DNA of 64,000 nt from Proteocatella sp. (GCA_051653405.1 JBOFWC010000062.1:1439-65438), one strand, 5' to 3'. Shown: positions 18,695 through 26,757, counted from the stretch's first letter. Notes: a model not told the origin generated them from the sequence alone. Numbers and translations: made by a program.

Positions 18695-18953
18695 TAATGG
18701 TTCAAAAAAAGCTGTAGCGCTTACTTACGATGACAATAAAAATTTCGCACCTGTCATTGTAGCCTCTGGAATGGGTTATATCGCTGAAAAAATAGTAGAT
18801 GTAGCCTGCCAAAATAATGTTCCAGTTTACGAAGATACCTCCCTTGCTACACTTCTTACTCAATTGGAGCTAGGTCAGGAAATTCCAGAAGAACTCTACA
18901 AAACCATTGTAGACATATATGTATATTTTCTAAATTATTCTGTTGATAAATAA
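18681..18953 (+). CDS. Free-standing FlhB C-terminal (FlhB-CC / YlqH-like) domain protein
   Basis: KAVALTYDDNKNFAPVIVASGMGYIAEKIVDVACQNNVPVYEDTSLATLL...IPEELYKTIVDIYVYF aligns with FlhB in this window just after its NPTH site (YAVALRYDIEKDEAPILVAKGQDELALRIIKTAEENNVSVIENKPLARSLY...IPAEFYGEIAEILVYIY). Confidence 0.85.
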   Translation: MSLYNNGSKKAVALTYDDNKNFAPVIVASGMGYIAEKIVDVACQNNVPVYEDTSLATLLTQLELGQEIPEELYKTIVDIYVYFLNYSVDK

Positions 18954-19012
18954 CAATTTATCACAAATTTTAATTTTTAATTTTTAACTCTAACTATGAA
19001 AGGAAAGACATA

Positions 19013-21022
19013 ATGAAAAGCATTCGTTCTAAAATACTTGCAATGATAGGAGTCCCGCTTGTAATAGCCATGCTTCTATCAAGTATTTTAACATCAAGTA
19101 CCACAGGTAAATTATTTTTTCAAAGCAGTAAGGATTTAACACAAAGCGAAACCAACCTATTAGCAAGTAAAGCTGAAAATTACTTATCTCACTACCAATC
19201 TATGGTAATGCAGATGTCGCATAATGAAGATGTCAGAAAGCTGCTTTCTACAACCTCAAAAGGAGACGATATTACAAAATCTCCATATTTTACAAGCTCA
19301 AAAAATATGCTTGCTTCCACACAAAGTAAGGATACTGAAAATATAGTTACCGCATATATTGCAGACGTAGATCCAAGTGTTGTTTTTGATGGTGGAAATT
19401 ATGTTTCCGGAAAAGACTATATTTTAAGCGATAAAGACTATTGGTTTAAAGCTGGTGAGACAAGAAAAACTATAATCTCTGAACCCTATACTGATAGAAT
19501 AACTGGAAATATGGTTGTAGCAATCACTGCGCCAGTATATGATATGAGTAATACTAAAATCATCGGTATAACAGGCGTTGATATAAATATCAATACTCTA
19601 AATAATATGGCCCAAGAATATGTAGTTGGTAAGGAAGGCTACACAATTCTTTTAACTAGAAATAACACTGTATTATCTCACAAAAATACAGATAATGTCC
19701 TAAAAAATGTAACTGAAATAGGAATAGATGGTGATATTCTTTCTTGGGTTGAAAATAAAGATTCTTCAATCCAGACTTTTAAAAATAATGGCGAAATTGC
19801 GCTCGGCTGTTATTACCCTATAGGGTCTACTGGTTGGGGAATATTATCAAGCGTTTCTGAAGATGAATTAAAAGATAAAGTAAGTGCGGTTTCTAGCAAA
19901 GTACTATTCATAAATATATTTTCACTTATTGCTATGCTTTGCGTAATCATTGCTCTTTCTTCAAAAATAACAAATCCTTTAAAGAAACTTTCTGCAGTTA
20001 CAAATGAGCTTATAAAGGGTAACTTTGATGTAGAAATTCACTCTGAATCAAGTGATGAGGTAGGCCAGCTTGCCAATGGTATGAGTATCTTGGTAGAAAA
20101 GCTAAGAACTTACATGAATTATATTGATGAAATATCTGAATCGCTTGATAGTTTTGCAGAAGGAAATCTAGACATAAATCTAAAATATGACTACTCTGGA
20201 GAATTTGGAAAACTTAAAGATTCTCTAGAAAGAACTGTTGAAGCCTTTACTCGAATAATAGAAGACATAGTATCTATATCTTCACAACTTGCATCTGGCT
20301 CTATGGAAATTGCAAATGGTGCTCAACAACTTGCGAATGGTTCAACTGAACAATCTTCATCTATACAAAACCTTGCAAGTAATATAACCGAAATAACTGA
20401 ACATATAAATAAAAGTGCTGAACATGCAACTGTTTTAACTACTCAAGTAAGTATGGTGGAATTTTCAGCTCATACTAGCAATGACCAAATGGAACATATG
20501 GTAGATGCTATGGATAGGATAAATAGAGAATCCATGGAAATTGGTAAAATTATAAAAACCATAGAAGACATTGCTTTCCAAACAAATATCCTTGCGCTTA
20601 ATGCTGCTGTAGAGGCGGCTAGAGCAGGCGCTTCTGGAAAAGGCTTTGCCGTAGTTGCTGATGAAGTTAGAAATCTAGCTACAAAATCTTCAGAAGCGGC
20701 TAAAAACACTACTGCACTTATCGAAAATTCAGTACGTGCTGTTAAAGATGGGTCTCAAATAGTTAGTGATACCAAAGAATCTCTAGAAGAAGTAATTAAT
20801 GCTGTTAGACAAATAACCAGCATGATTCAAAGTATTTCAGATTCTGCAATGGAAGAAGCTGAAAAAATAGAATATATTCGTACCGCAGTAGATGAAATAA
20901 ACTCAGTTGTTCATAGTAACTCTGCGGCTGCTGAACAAAGTTCTGCCGCAAGTGAAGAACTTTCTGGACTTGCAGCTACCCTTGAAATGGTCGCAAAAAG
21001 ATTTATTATCCCAGAAAAATAA
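19013..21022 (+). CDS. Methyl-accepting chemotaxis protein with a double-Cache-type sensor domain
   Basis: N-terminal TM helix, about 270 aa of extracellular region with Cache-like motifs (YWFKAG...[17 protein letters not shown]), a second TM helix, HAMP, and the MCP tip identical in type to the other MCP. Confidence 0.9.
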   Translation: MKSIRSKILAMIGVPLVIAMLLSSILTSSTTGKLFFQSSKDLTQSETNLLASKAENYLSHYQSMVMQMSHNEDVRKLLSTTSKGDDITKSPYFTSSKNMLASTQSKDTENIVTAYIADVDPSVVFDGGNYVSGKDYILSDKDYWFKAGETRKTIISEPYTDRITGNMVVAITAPVYDMSNTKIIGITGVDININTLNNMAQEYVVGKEGYTILLTRNNTVLSHKNTDNVLKNVTEIGIDGDILSWVENKDSSIQTFKNNGEIALGCYYPIGSTGWGILSSVSEDELKDKVSAVSSKVLFINIFSLIAMLCVIIALSSKITNPLKKLSAVTNELIKGNFDVEIHSESSDEVGQLANGMSILVEKLRTYMNYIDEISESLDSFAEGNLDINLKYDYSGEFGKLKDSLERTVEAFTRIIEDIVSISSQLASGSMEIANGAQQLANGSTEQSSSIQNLASNITEITEHINKSAEHATVLTTQVSMVEFSAHTSNDQMEHMVDAMDRINRESMEIGKIIKTIEDIAFQTNILALNAAVEAARAGASGKGFAVVADEVRNLATKSSEAAKNTTALIENSVRAVKDGSQIVSDTKESLEEVINAVRQITSMIQSISDSAMEEAEKIEYIRTAVDEINSVVHSNSAAAEQSSAASEELSGLAATLEMVAKRFIIPEK

Positions 21023-21070
21023 TTATTTTTCTAAAAAGAATAACTATTTAAAAAAGAACAAATATTTTAA

Positions 21071-21114
21071 AAAAAAGACTGATTTCCTAAAGATAAAAGG
21101 AAATTGGTCTTTTT
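21071..21114 (+). terminator. Rho-independent terminator after mcp
   Basis: AAGACTGATTTCC and GGAAATTGGTCTT form an imperfect stem followed by TTTTT. It overlaps the last codons of the convergent ftsE-like ORF. Confidence 0.5.
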
Positions 21115-21806
21115 CTATTATTAAAATTATCGTAGGAACCATTATGTCTATCTGAAACAATGCGTCCCTTTTCTAACTTTATAACTCGTTTTCTCGTTAT
21201 ATCGACGAGCTTTTTAAAATGAGTCGCCATTATTACTGTAGTTCCGCTATGATTTATATGTTCAAAAAGATTCATTATATCCCAGGAATCCTCTGGGCTT
21301 AAATTTGCAGTAGGTTCATCTGCTATTATTATTGCTGGATCTGAGACAATAGCTCTTGCAATCATCACTTTAAGCTGCTCACCTCCTGAAAGTTCATCTA
21401 TGGCTGAATACATTTTGGATTTCATACCTACAGCTCCCAAAGCTCTATCTACACCTATCCTTATATTTTTTGAACTTTGACATGCTATATTTAACGGAAG
21501 TGCCACATTATTATACACATCGTAGGCATTTATTAGTGGTATCTGCGAAGATATAACTCCATAGCTTCTCCTATAATAAGGAATCTCTTCTTTTTCAAAA
21601 AACGATATATTTTCCCCGCCAATTATTATATCTCCCTCATCTGGCTTAAAAGATGCCATAATAAGGTTTAAAAGCGTACTCTTTCCACATCCACTAGGCC
21701 CCACTATATATACAAACTCTCCCTTTTGTATAGAAAATACTAGCTCTTTTACTCCACTTTGATTCTTATAAACTTTAGTTACATTTTCAAATTTTATAAA
21801 ACTCAT
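21087..21806 (-). CDS. FtsE-like ABC ATPase (orphan, no ftsX adjacent)
   Basis: Walker A GPSGCGKST, signature LSGGEQ, Walker B IIIADEPT and H-loop ATH. Overall similar to FtsE (IPYYRR..G, SWDIM, RKRVI.LE.GRIV.D). The ATG at 21806 follows GGGGGGA. Confidence 0.8.
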   Translation of the reverse strand: MSFIKFENVTKVYKNQSGVKELVFSIQKGEFVYIVGPSGCGKSTLLNLIMASFKPDEGDIIIGGENISFFEKEEIPYYRRSYGVISSQIPLINAYDVYNNVALPLNIACQSSKNIRIGVDRALGAVGMKSKMYSAIDELSGGEQLKVMIARAIVSDPAIIIADEPTANLSPEDSWDIMNLFEHINHSGTTVIMATHFKKLVDITRKRVIKLEKGRIVSDRHNGSYDNFNNRKRPISFYL

Positions 21807-21839
21807 AATTCCCCCCGCTAAAAACTTCAACTAATCCTA

Positions 21840-21868
21840 ATTATAACGCTGATACAATAACCTTTCAA
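21840..21868 (-). promoter_or_regulatory. SigA-type promoter for the ftsE-like gene
   Basis: The minus strand reads TTGAAA-N17-TATAAT. Confidence 0.6.
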
Positions 21869-21877
21869 TATGTATTA

Positions 21878-21906
21878 TTGATTGCCAATTGTTTTGATGC
21901 TATAAT
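21878..21906 (+). promoter_or_regulatory. SigA-type promoter for the C39-like peptidase gene
   Basis: The plus strand reads TTGATT-N17-TATAAT. Confidence 0.6.
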
Positions 21907-21948
21907 TTAATATATTATTTTTTAATTTCGTTTTTGGAGGTGTTTAAC

Positions 21949-22854
21949 TTGAAAAAATCTAATATTTCGCTATTTTTCAAATTAGCAACACCTTTCTCTT
22001 TAGTATTCCTAATAAGCTTTATTTTGGTATCTCATAGCTTTAATCAGCGATATGATGCTCAAATAGATTTAAGCTTTGTTCCTAAAACTATATATACCGT
22101 GGAAAAAGTTTCAAAAACATCTGCTATAAAAATTTCTTCCAAGGTTTCAGACATAAAAAAGAACTATAAAACTTACAAACAAGAAAAAGAATTAGCTGAA
22201 AAGCTTAAGCTCGAAAAAGAAGCTCAAGAACTACTTAATACCCAAAAATCACTATCAAATTCAAATAACTCAAACTCGAATAATATTGAAAAAAATATTT
22301 CTCCCAACTCTATTTATGACTTTAAAGTTGGAAAAAGTTTCCAATATATGAGCCAACATGATCCTAGATGGAAAAATATTTCATTCGGAAATGGTGACTC
22401 CATAGATATTCATGGATGTGGGCCTACCTCAGTCGCAATGCTTGTAACTAATCTTACTAGTGAAATCCTTACCCCTGAAGAAGCTGCGTTTTTCACATAT
22501 GACCGAAATTTATATATTCCTGGTTCTGGCTCAAGCCACTCTATATTTCTAAAAGCGCTTCCAGAGTTTGGAATAAAGACCTCTGCCTTTACTAACTATT
22601 CCGAAGCAGCCTTAAAAAAAGAGCTCCAAAAAGGTAATATGTTTGCTGTTCTTATGAAAAATGGTACATTTAGTTCATCCACTGGACATTTTATATTGAT
22701 ATTAGGCATAGACCAAAACGGAAGAGCAATTATTGCCGATTCTAACAGTGTTGAAAATTCTAAAAAAACATGGGATTTAAAACTTATATTAAATGAAGCT
22801 AAGTATAGTGCTAACAGCGGCGGTCCATTTTGGTTAATTAATAACCCTTTATAA
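21949..22854 (+). CDS. Membrane-anchored papain-fold cysteine peptidase (Peptidase_C39_2-like)
   Basis: TTG at 21949 lies 8 nt after GGAGGTG. The protein has an N-terminal TM anchor, a coiled-coil / SN-rich linker, then QHDPRW...HGCGPTSVAMLV (catalytic Cys), TGHFILILG (His) and IADSN. Confidence 0.7.
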   Translation: MKKSNISLFFKLATPFSLVFLISFILVSHSFNQRYDAQIDLSFVPKTIYTVEKVSKTSAIKISSKVSDIKKNYKTYKQEKELAEKLKLEKEAQELLNTQKSLSNSNNSNSNNIEKNISPNSIYDFKVGKSFQYMSQHDPRWKNISFGNGDSIDIHGCGPTSVAMLVTNLTSEILTPEEAAFFTYDRNLYIPGSGSSHSIFLKALPEFGIKTSAFTNYSEAALKKELQKGNMFAVLMKNGTFSSSTGHFILILGIDQNGRAIIADSNSVENSKKTWDLKLILNEAKYSANSGGPFWLINNPL

Positions 22855-22857
22855 AGT

Positions 22858-22882
22858 AAAAGAGACTCTTGATGAGTCTCTT
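22858..22882. terminator. Bidirectional terminator hairpin
   Basis: AAAGAGACTC-ttgat-GAGTCTCTT followed by ATTTTGTT, between convergent genes. Confidence 0.6.
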
Positions 22883-23252
22883 ATTTTGTTGATGCTATTC
22901 TATTTGCCTCTTTAAAAGCATCTCTCATTTCAACAACCATATCCTTAACTTCTAAAAGCGTATCGAGTTTCCTACCCGCTTTTATTCTACTAAATTCATA
23001 AAGAAAGAAATCATACATACGGTATAAATCTTGACTTATCGGAATACTTCTATCTAAAATTTGGATTAGATATCTTACTATGTCTGTCGCTTTTTGCATA
23101 GAGGCATCTAGCAATTCATAATTGTTTTCCTTTATTGCAATTTCAGATTTTATAAGACTCTTTACTACCTCATCAAAAAGCAATATAAGTTGTTCCCCTT
23201 TAGTCATACTGTTTACCGATTGTTGTTTGTACTGTTCATATCCATATTGCAT
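22881..23252 (-). CDS. fliS: Flagellin-specific chaperone FliS
   Basis: MQYGYEQYKQQSVNSMTKGEQLILLFDEVVKSL...ATDIVRYL...LYRMYDFFLYE is the FliS four-helix pattern. The internal ATG at 23252 is preferred over the track start. Confidence 0.85.
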   Translation of the reverse strand: MQYGYEQYKQQSVNSMTKGEQLILLFDEVVKSLIKSEIAIKENNYELLDASMQKATDIVRYLIQILDRSIPISQDLYRMYDFFLYEFSRIKAGRKLDTLLEVKDMVVEMRDAFKEANRIASTK

Positions 23253-23297
23253 TTTTTGGCCATCCTTTTCTAATTTATATAATTTAAAAATCAAGTG

Positions 23298-23324
23298 TTA
23301 TGTTTTATTTAAAATTGTCGATAA
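23298..23324 (+). promoter_or_regulatory. SigD-like promoter for the parA-like / comFB-domain operon
   Basis: TTAT-N16-TCGATAA, the same form as the fliD promoter candidate. Confidence 0.4.
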
Positions 23325-23389
23325 TAGTAGGTGTATGTAGTATTGATTATATATGTAAACAATACACCTACATATTTTCTTATCGACAA
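23315..23389. promoter_or_regulatory. 75-bp imperfect palindrome carrying both divergent CGATAA boxes
   Basis: TTGTCGATAA (23315-23324) pairs with TTATCGACAA (23380-23389). The inner arms GTAGGTGTAT (23328-23337) and ATACACCTAC (23362-23371) also pair. Confidence 0.7.
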
Positions 23390-23407
23390 CAATTCATAAT
23401 TTATTAA
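23380..23407 (-). promoter_or_regulatory. SigD-like promoter for fliS
   Basis: The minus strand reads TTAA-N17-TCGATAA. Confidence 0.4.
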
Positions 23408-23471
23408 TATGTTTTTATATTAAAAAAATAATTTTTTGGATTATTATTTATTTTTAAGTGAGGGTAAAAAT

Positions 23472-24230
23472 ATGTCAACAGTAATCACTTTTACAAACCA
23501 AAAGGGCGGAGTTGGAAAAACAACATCTTCAAGTGCTCTAATCTCAGGCCTTGCAATGAGAGGCCATAAGGTTTTAGGTATAGATTTAGATCCACAGGGA
23601 AATCTTGGATTCTATTTTGGAATAGATATAGAGAACAATATTTCAATATATGATGTATTTAAGGGAACTAATAGTATTGAATCGGCAATATACAAGACAG
23701 AAACCTGCGATATTATCCCTTCAAATATATTACTAAGCGGTGCAGAAATAGAATTTAATCAATTCGGAAGAGAATATCTTCTAAAAAACGAACTTGCTCG
23801 AGTAAGTAGTAATTATGACTATATCGTCATAGATACCCCTCCAGCATTAAATGTACTTACTGTAAACGCTTATGTTGCTGCTAATCATCTTGTAATTCCT
23901 ATGGTTCCTGAAATTTTAAGTCTTTTAGGAGTTTCTCAGCTTAAAGAAACCTTCATGGCGGTACAAAAATTTTATAATCCAGATCTTAAAATACTTGGAA
24001 TACTTCTAACAAAATTTAATGGCAGAACCATACTCGCAAGAGAAGTCCTTGAAATGGCACAGAAAATAGCTGTGCAGTTAGACACTTCTGTCCTTTCAGC
24101 TAAGATTCGTCCAGCTGTAGTAGTTGCAGAGTCTCCTGCTCATGGAGAAAGTATATTTGAATATGCACCAAATTCTAATCCTGCAATTGACTACAACGAT
24201 TTTATAGATGAAATACTATCTAAATTCTAA
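23472..24230 (+). CDS. ParA/Soj-family (deviant Walker A) ATPase
   Basis: ITFTNQKGGVGKTTSSSAL...KVLGIDLDPQGNL...YIVIDTPPALN...LLTKFNGRT...ESPAHGESIFEY. The ATG at 23472 follows GAGGG. Confidence 0.85.
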   Translation: MSTVITFTNQKGGVGKTTSSSALISGLAMRGHKVLGIDLDPQGNLGFYFGIDIENNISIYDVFKGTNSIESAIYKTETCDIIPSNILLSGAEIEFNQFGREYLLKNELARVSSNYDYIVIDTPPALNVLTVNAYVAANHLVIPMVPEILSLLGVSQLKETFMAVQKFYNPDLKILGILLTKFNGRTILAREVLEMAQKIAVQLDTSVLSAKIRPAVVVAESPAHGESIFEYAPNSNPAIDYNDFIDEILSKF

Positions 24231-24253
24231 CACTTTATATAAAGGGGGTTTTT

Positions 24254-25222
24254 ATGGCTAGAAAAACCAATAAAACAGCACATGTTCTTAACTTAATAAC
24301 AAATGCTTCAGCACCAGAAGAAAATGACCTTCCTGTAGAAAATTCACTTTCTGATGATACTATTCCAAGTAATTCACAAACTGAAAATAGTAGTTCTACT
24401 GATATTTCAAATCAAAATATTTCTAAAACAGAAACAACTTCGACTTCAGAAAATATCTCAGATAAATCCGAAAATATTAAATCGCAATCAAGTCATACCT
24501 CATCACCCGTAGTAGAGATACTATATAATGAACATGACCCATTATCAGATATAATAAAAAATGTACTTGAAGAAAATACTGATGAGATTCCATTAGAAGC
24601 TGCTAATATATCTGAGTACAAAATTGAATTTGATGATTTTGGAAATGAAATTGAGCTTCCTAATCAATCTGCTAATGAACCTAATATGGAAAACGAACCC
24701 GCTTCAGCTAATGATATTAACATAACAGAAGCTATAGCTGAACTAGAGCCTGTAGCTGAAACAGAGCCTGTAGCTGAAACAGAGCCTGTAGCTGAAACAG
24801 AGCCTGTAGCTGAAACAGAGCCTGTAGCTGAAACAGAGCCTGTAGCTGAACTAGAGCCTGTAGCTGAGAATGCTACACTTCTTGAAAGACTTGAAGCCTC
24901 AGGAAACTCGCATTTCCATGATAGGCAAGACTTAAATTCAATGCTAGATTTAGATTTTAAATATGTAAATGTTTACGAAAAAATAGTTCAAAATAAGCTT
25001 TTAGAGTATATGAAAAAGTTTGATATGTGTATGTGTGACAGATGTATAGTAGACACTTTTGCACTTGCCGTTACTGAACTTCCTCCGAAGATAGTTGTAG
25101 TGAATAAAAATGAAGTCTTTCCTCTTATAAACTTTTTTGAGGTTCAAAACACTGCAATAATATCTACAGCGCTTATAAAAGCTTGTATGCTTGTAAAAGA
25201 AAAACCTAATCATTCTAAATAA
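24254..25222 (+). CDS. Acidic low-complexity protein with a C-terminal ComFB-like domain
   Basis: Basic N-terminal peptide MARKTNKTAHVLNLI, then an S/T/N/E-rich region and 7 copies of EPVAE(T/L). The C-terminal YVNVYEKIV...CMCDRCIVDTFALAVTELPPKIVV...ALIKACMLVKEKPNH matches my memory of the ComFB domain (PF10719). Confidence 0.7.
   Translation: MARKTNKTAHVLNLITNASAPEENDLPVENSLSDDTIPSNSQTENSSSTDISNQNISKTETTSTSENISDKSENIKSQSSHTSSPVVEILYNEHDPLSDIIKNVLEENTDEIPLEAANISEYKIEFDDFGNEIELPNQSANEPNMENEPASANDINITEAIAELEPVAETEPVAETEPVAETEPVAETEPVAETEPVAELEPVAENATLLERLEASGNSHFHDRQDLNSMLDLDFKYVNVYEKIVQNKLLEYMKKFDMCMCDRCIVDTFALAVTELPPKIVVVNKNEVFPLINFFEVQNTAIISTALIKACMLVKEKPNHSK
24740..24865 (+). repeat. Seven tandem 18-bp repeats (in frame)
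   Basis: Five copies of GAAACAGAGCCTGTAGCT flanked by one GAACTAGAGCCTGTAGCT on each side, identical apart from that 2-nt difference. They encode ELEPVA / ETEPVA. Confidence 0.95.
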
Positions 25223-25234
25223 AAAATACTATCA

Positions 25235-25277
25235 AAAAACCTCTAAAAAATTACTAGCCAATTTTTTAGAGGTTTTT
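25235..25277. terminator. Bidirectional rho-independent terminator
   Basis: Perfect 17-bp stem AAAAACCTCTAAAAAAT / ATTTTTTAGAGGTTTTT with a 9-nt loop. Confidence 0.8.
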
Positions 25278-25293
25278 ATCTTAAAAAAACAAA

Positions 25294-26247
25294 TTATCTT
25301 GCTTCCGCTTTATTTCTCTTTGATTTTGCTAAAAGCATATCTATTATCTCTACTAAATGTCCTATCTCCGGCTTGCTAAGTTGTTCATCTGCTCCAAGAC
25401 TTCTTCCCTTTATTCTCATTTCTTCATTTATTAGTGATGAGAATATTATAAGGGGTATCTTTTTAAATGCAAGGTCATCCTTTACAAGCTTTGTGAGTCT
25501 ATGTCCATCCATCTTAGGCATCTCTATATCAGTTATTATTATACCTGGTTCAGGTATTGCTCCTTCAGGTGAATTTTTAACTTTATTTAAATAGTCCCAA
25601 GCTTCTTCTCCATTGTTACACTTTATTATATTAACATAACCCGCTCTTGTTAGCGCCTCTGTTATCATTTTAGATAACAGGACTGAATCTTCTGCTAAAA
25701 GTATTGGTACTTCATTTCGAGCTCTAACTCCCATTTTGGCTATAGTTTCTAGCTGAATTCCTGTTTCTGGAGCTATATCTGCCACGATTTTTTCAAAATC
25801 TAATATCGTTACTAAATCATCTTCGCACTGAGCTATTCCAGTAGCTATACCCTCTTCGCCCTCTCTGCTAAGCGTCTTATCTGGCTTTTGTATAGCTTTC
25901 CAAGATACTCTACTTATTCCAACTACCGTATGAACTCTAAACGCCATATATAGTTTATTGAAGTTAGTTATTATAAATAAGTCTTTTTCTTGTTTTTCAG
26001 TTTCTTTTCCAGATAAATACATTGGTAAATCTACTACAGTAAAAACTTTATCTCTAGGCTTAAAAATACCTTCTACTGCTGGGTGTGCATGAGGAATAGG
26101 TTTTACCTTACTAGCTGTCATAATTTCCTTTACTTTTGCAACATTTATCCCGTAAAGTTCATCATAAATAGTAAATTCCATTATCTCAATCTCATTTGTC
26201 CCTGATTCCAATAATATCTCACTTTTCCCTCTTTTTATGTTGCTCAT
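25294..26247 (-). CDS. cheV: CheV (CheW-like domain fused to a receiver domain)
   Basis: N-terminal CheW domain (YGINVAKVKEI...) and a C-terminal REC domain (ILLAEDS...TDIEMPKMDG...K). The ATG at 26247 follows GAGAGGTG. Confidence 0.9.
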   Translation of the reverse strand: MSNIKRGKSEILLESGTNEIEIMEFTIYDELYGINVAKVKEIMTASKVKPIPHAHPAVEGIFKPRDKVFTVVDLPMYLSGKETEKQEKDLFIITNFNKLYMAFRVHTVVGISRVSWKAIQKPDKTLSREGEEGIATGIAQCEDDLVTILDFEKIVADIAPETGIQLETIAKMGVRARNEVPILLAEDSVLLSKMITEALTRAGYVNIIKCNNGEEAWDYLNKVKNSPEGAIPEPGIIITDIEMPKMDGHRLTKLVKDDLAFKKIPLIIFSSLINEEMRIKGRSLGADEQLSKPEIGHLVEIIDMLLAKSKRNKAEAR

Positions 26248-26274
26248 AGCGTTCACCTCTCTAGTTAATTTGCT

Positions 26275-26757
26275 TTAAAACACTAAATCCGCTTTACCAA
26301 ACACTTTTATTCTAGCCATTCCTGTCCCTACATCAAAAGAAAGTGTACGTGCATAATTTGCCCCCGTATCTTCCTTTAATAGCTTTATTCCTTCCATTTT
26401 TAAGATACTTTTAGTGCTTAGTATATTTCTGTCCCCTATATTTCCAAGTGGTCCTGTCGCCTGAACATCGAACATTTTTGCCCCGCCTGCTATTTTTGCT
26501 ACTATTCGTTCTTTTCTGGCTCCAAAAACTTCCATTTTCCTTATTGTTTCTCTTATTCCCGTATCTGCATACTTAAAAACATTTTGGCCACCTGATGAAA
26601 GTGATTCTGGAAGCATTATATGAACCATTCCGCCAAGTTTTATAACTGGATCATAGAGGCATATTCCTATGCAAGAGCCAAGTGCATATGTTATTAAAGT
26701 CCCTTCGCTTCTTGCAATTTTCATATCTGCTATACCTACTATATATTTATTCTCCAT
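26275..26757 (-). CDS. cheD: Chemoreceptor glutamine deamidase CheD
   Basis: MENKYIVGIADMKIA...LGSCIGICLYD...GGAKMF. The start is uncertain (26757 or TTG at 26778) and overlaps the cheC stop. Confidence 0.85.
   Translation of the reverse strand: MENKYIVGIADMKIARSEGTLITYALGSCIGICLYDPVIKLGGMVHIMLPESLSSGGQNVFKYADTGIRETIRKMEVFGARKERIVAKIAGGAKMFDVQATGPLGNIGDRNILSTKSILKMEGIKLLKEDTGANYARTLSFDVGTGMARIKVFGKADLVF

Noticed and set aside
21023-21070. A-rich quasi-repeats AAAAAGAATAACTATTT / AAAAAGAACAAATATTTT after the mcp stop
   Set aside because: This is short, low-complexity A/T sequence next to a terminator and is not distinguishable from chance in this genome.
23472-24230. Considered calling the ParA-like ATPase FlhG (YlxH/FleN)
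   Set aside because: The motifs (NQKGGVGKTT, DLDPQGN, ESPAHG) are of the ParA/Soj type. No C-terminal amphipathic membrane-targeting helix is evident. The gene is not next to flhA/flhF.
24740-24865. Regular 18-bp repeats, checked as a possible CRISPR array
   Set aside because: The units are directly adjacent with no spacers, are only 18 bp long, and lie in frame within a continuous ORF encoding an acidic repeat.
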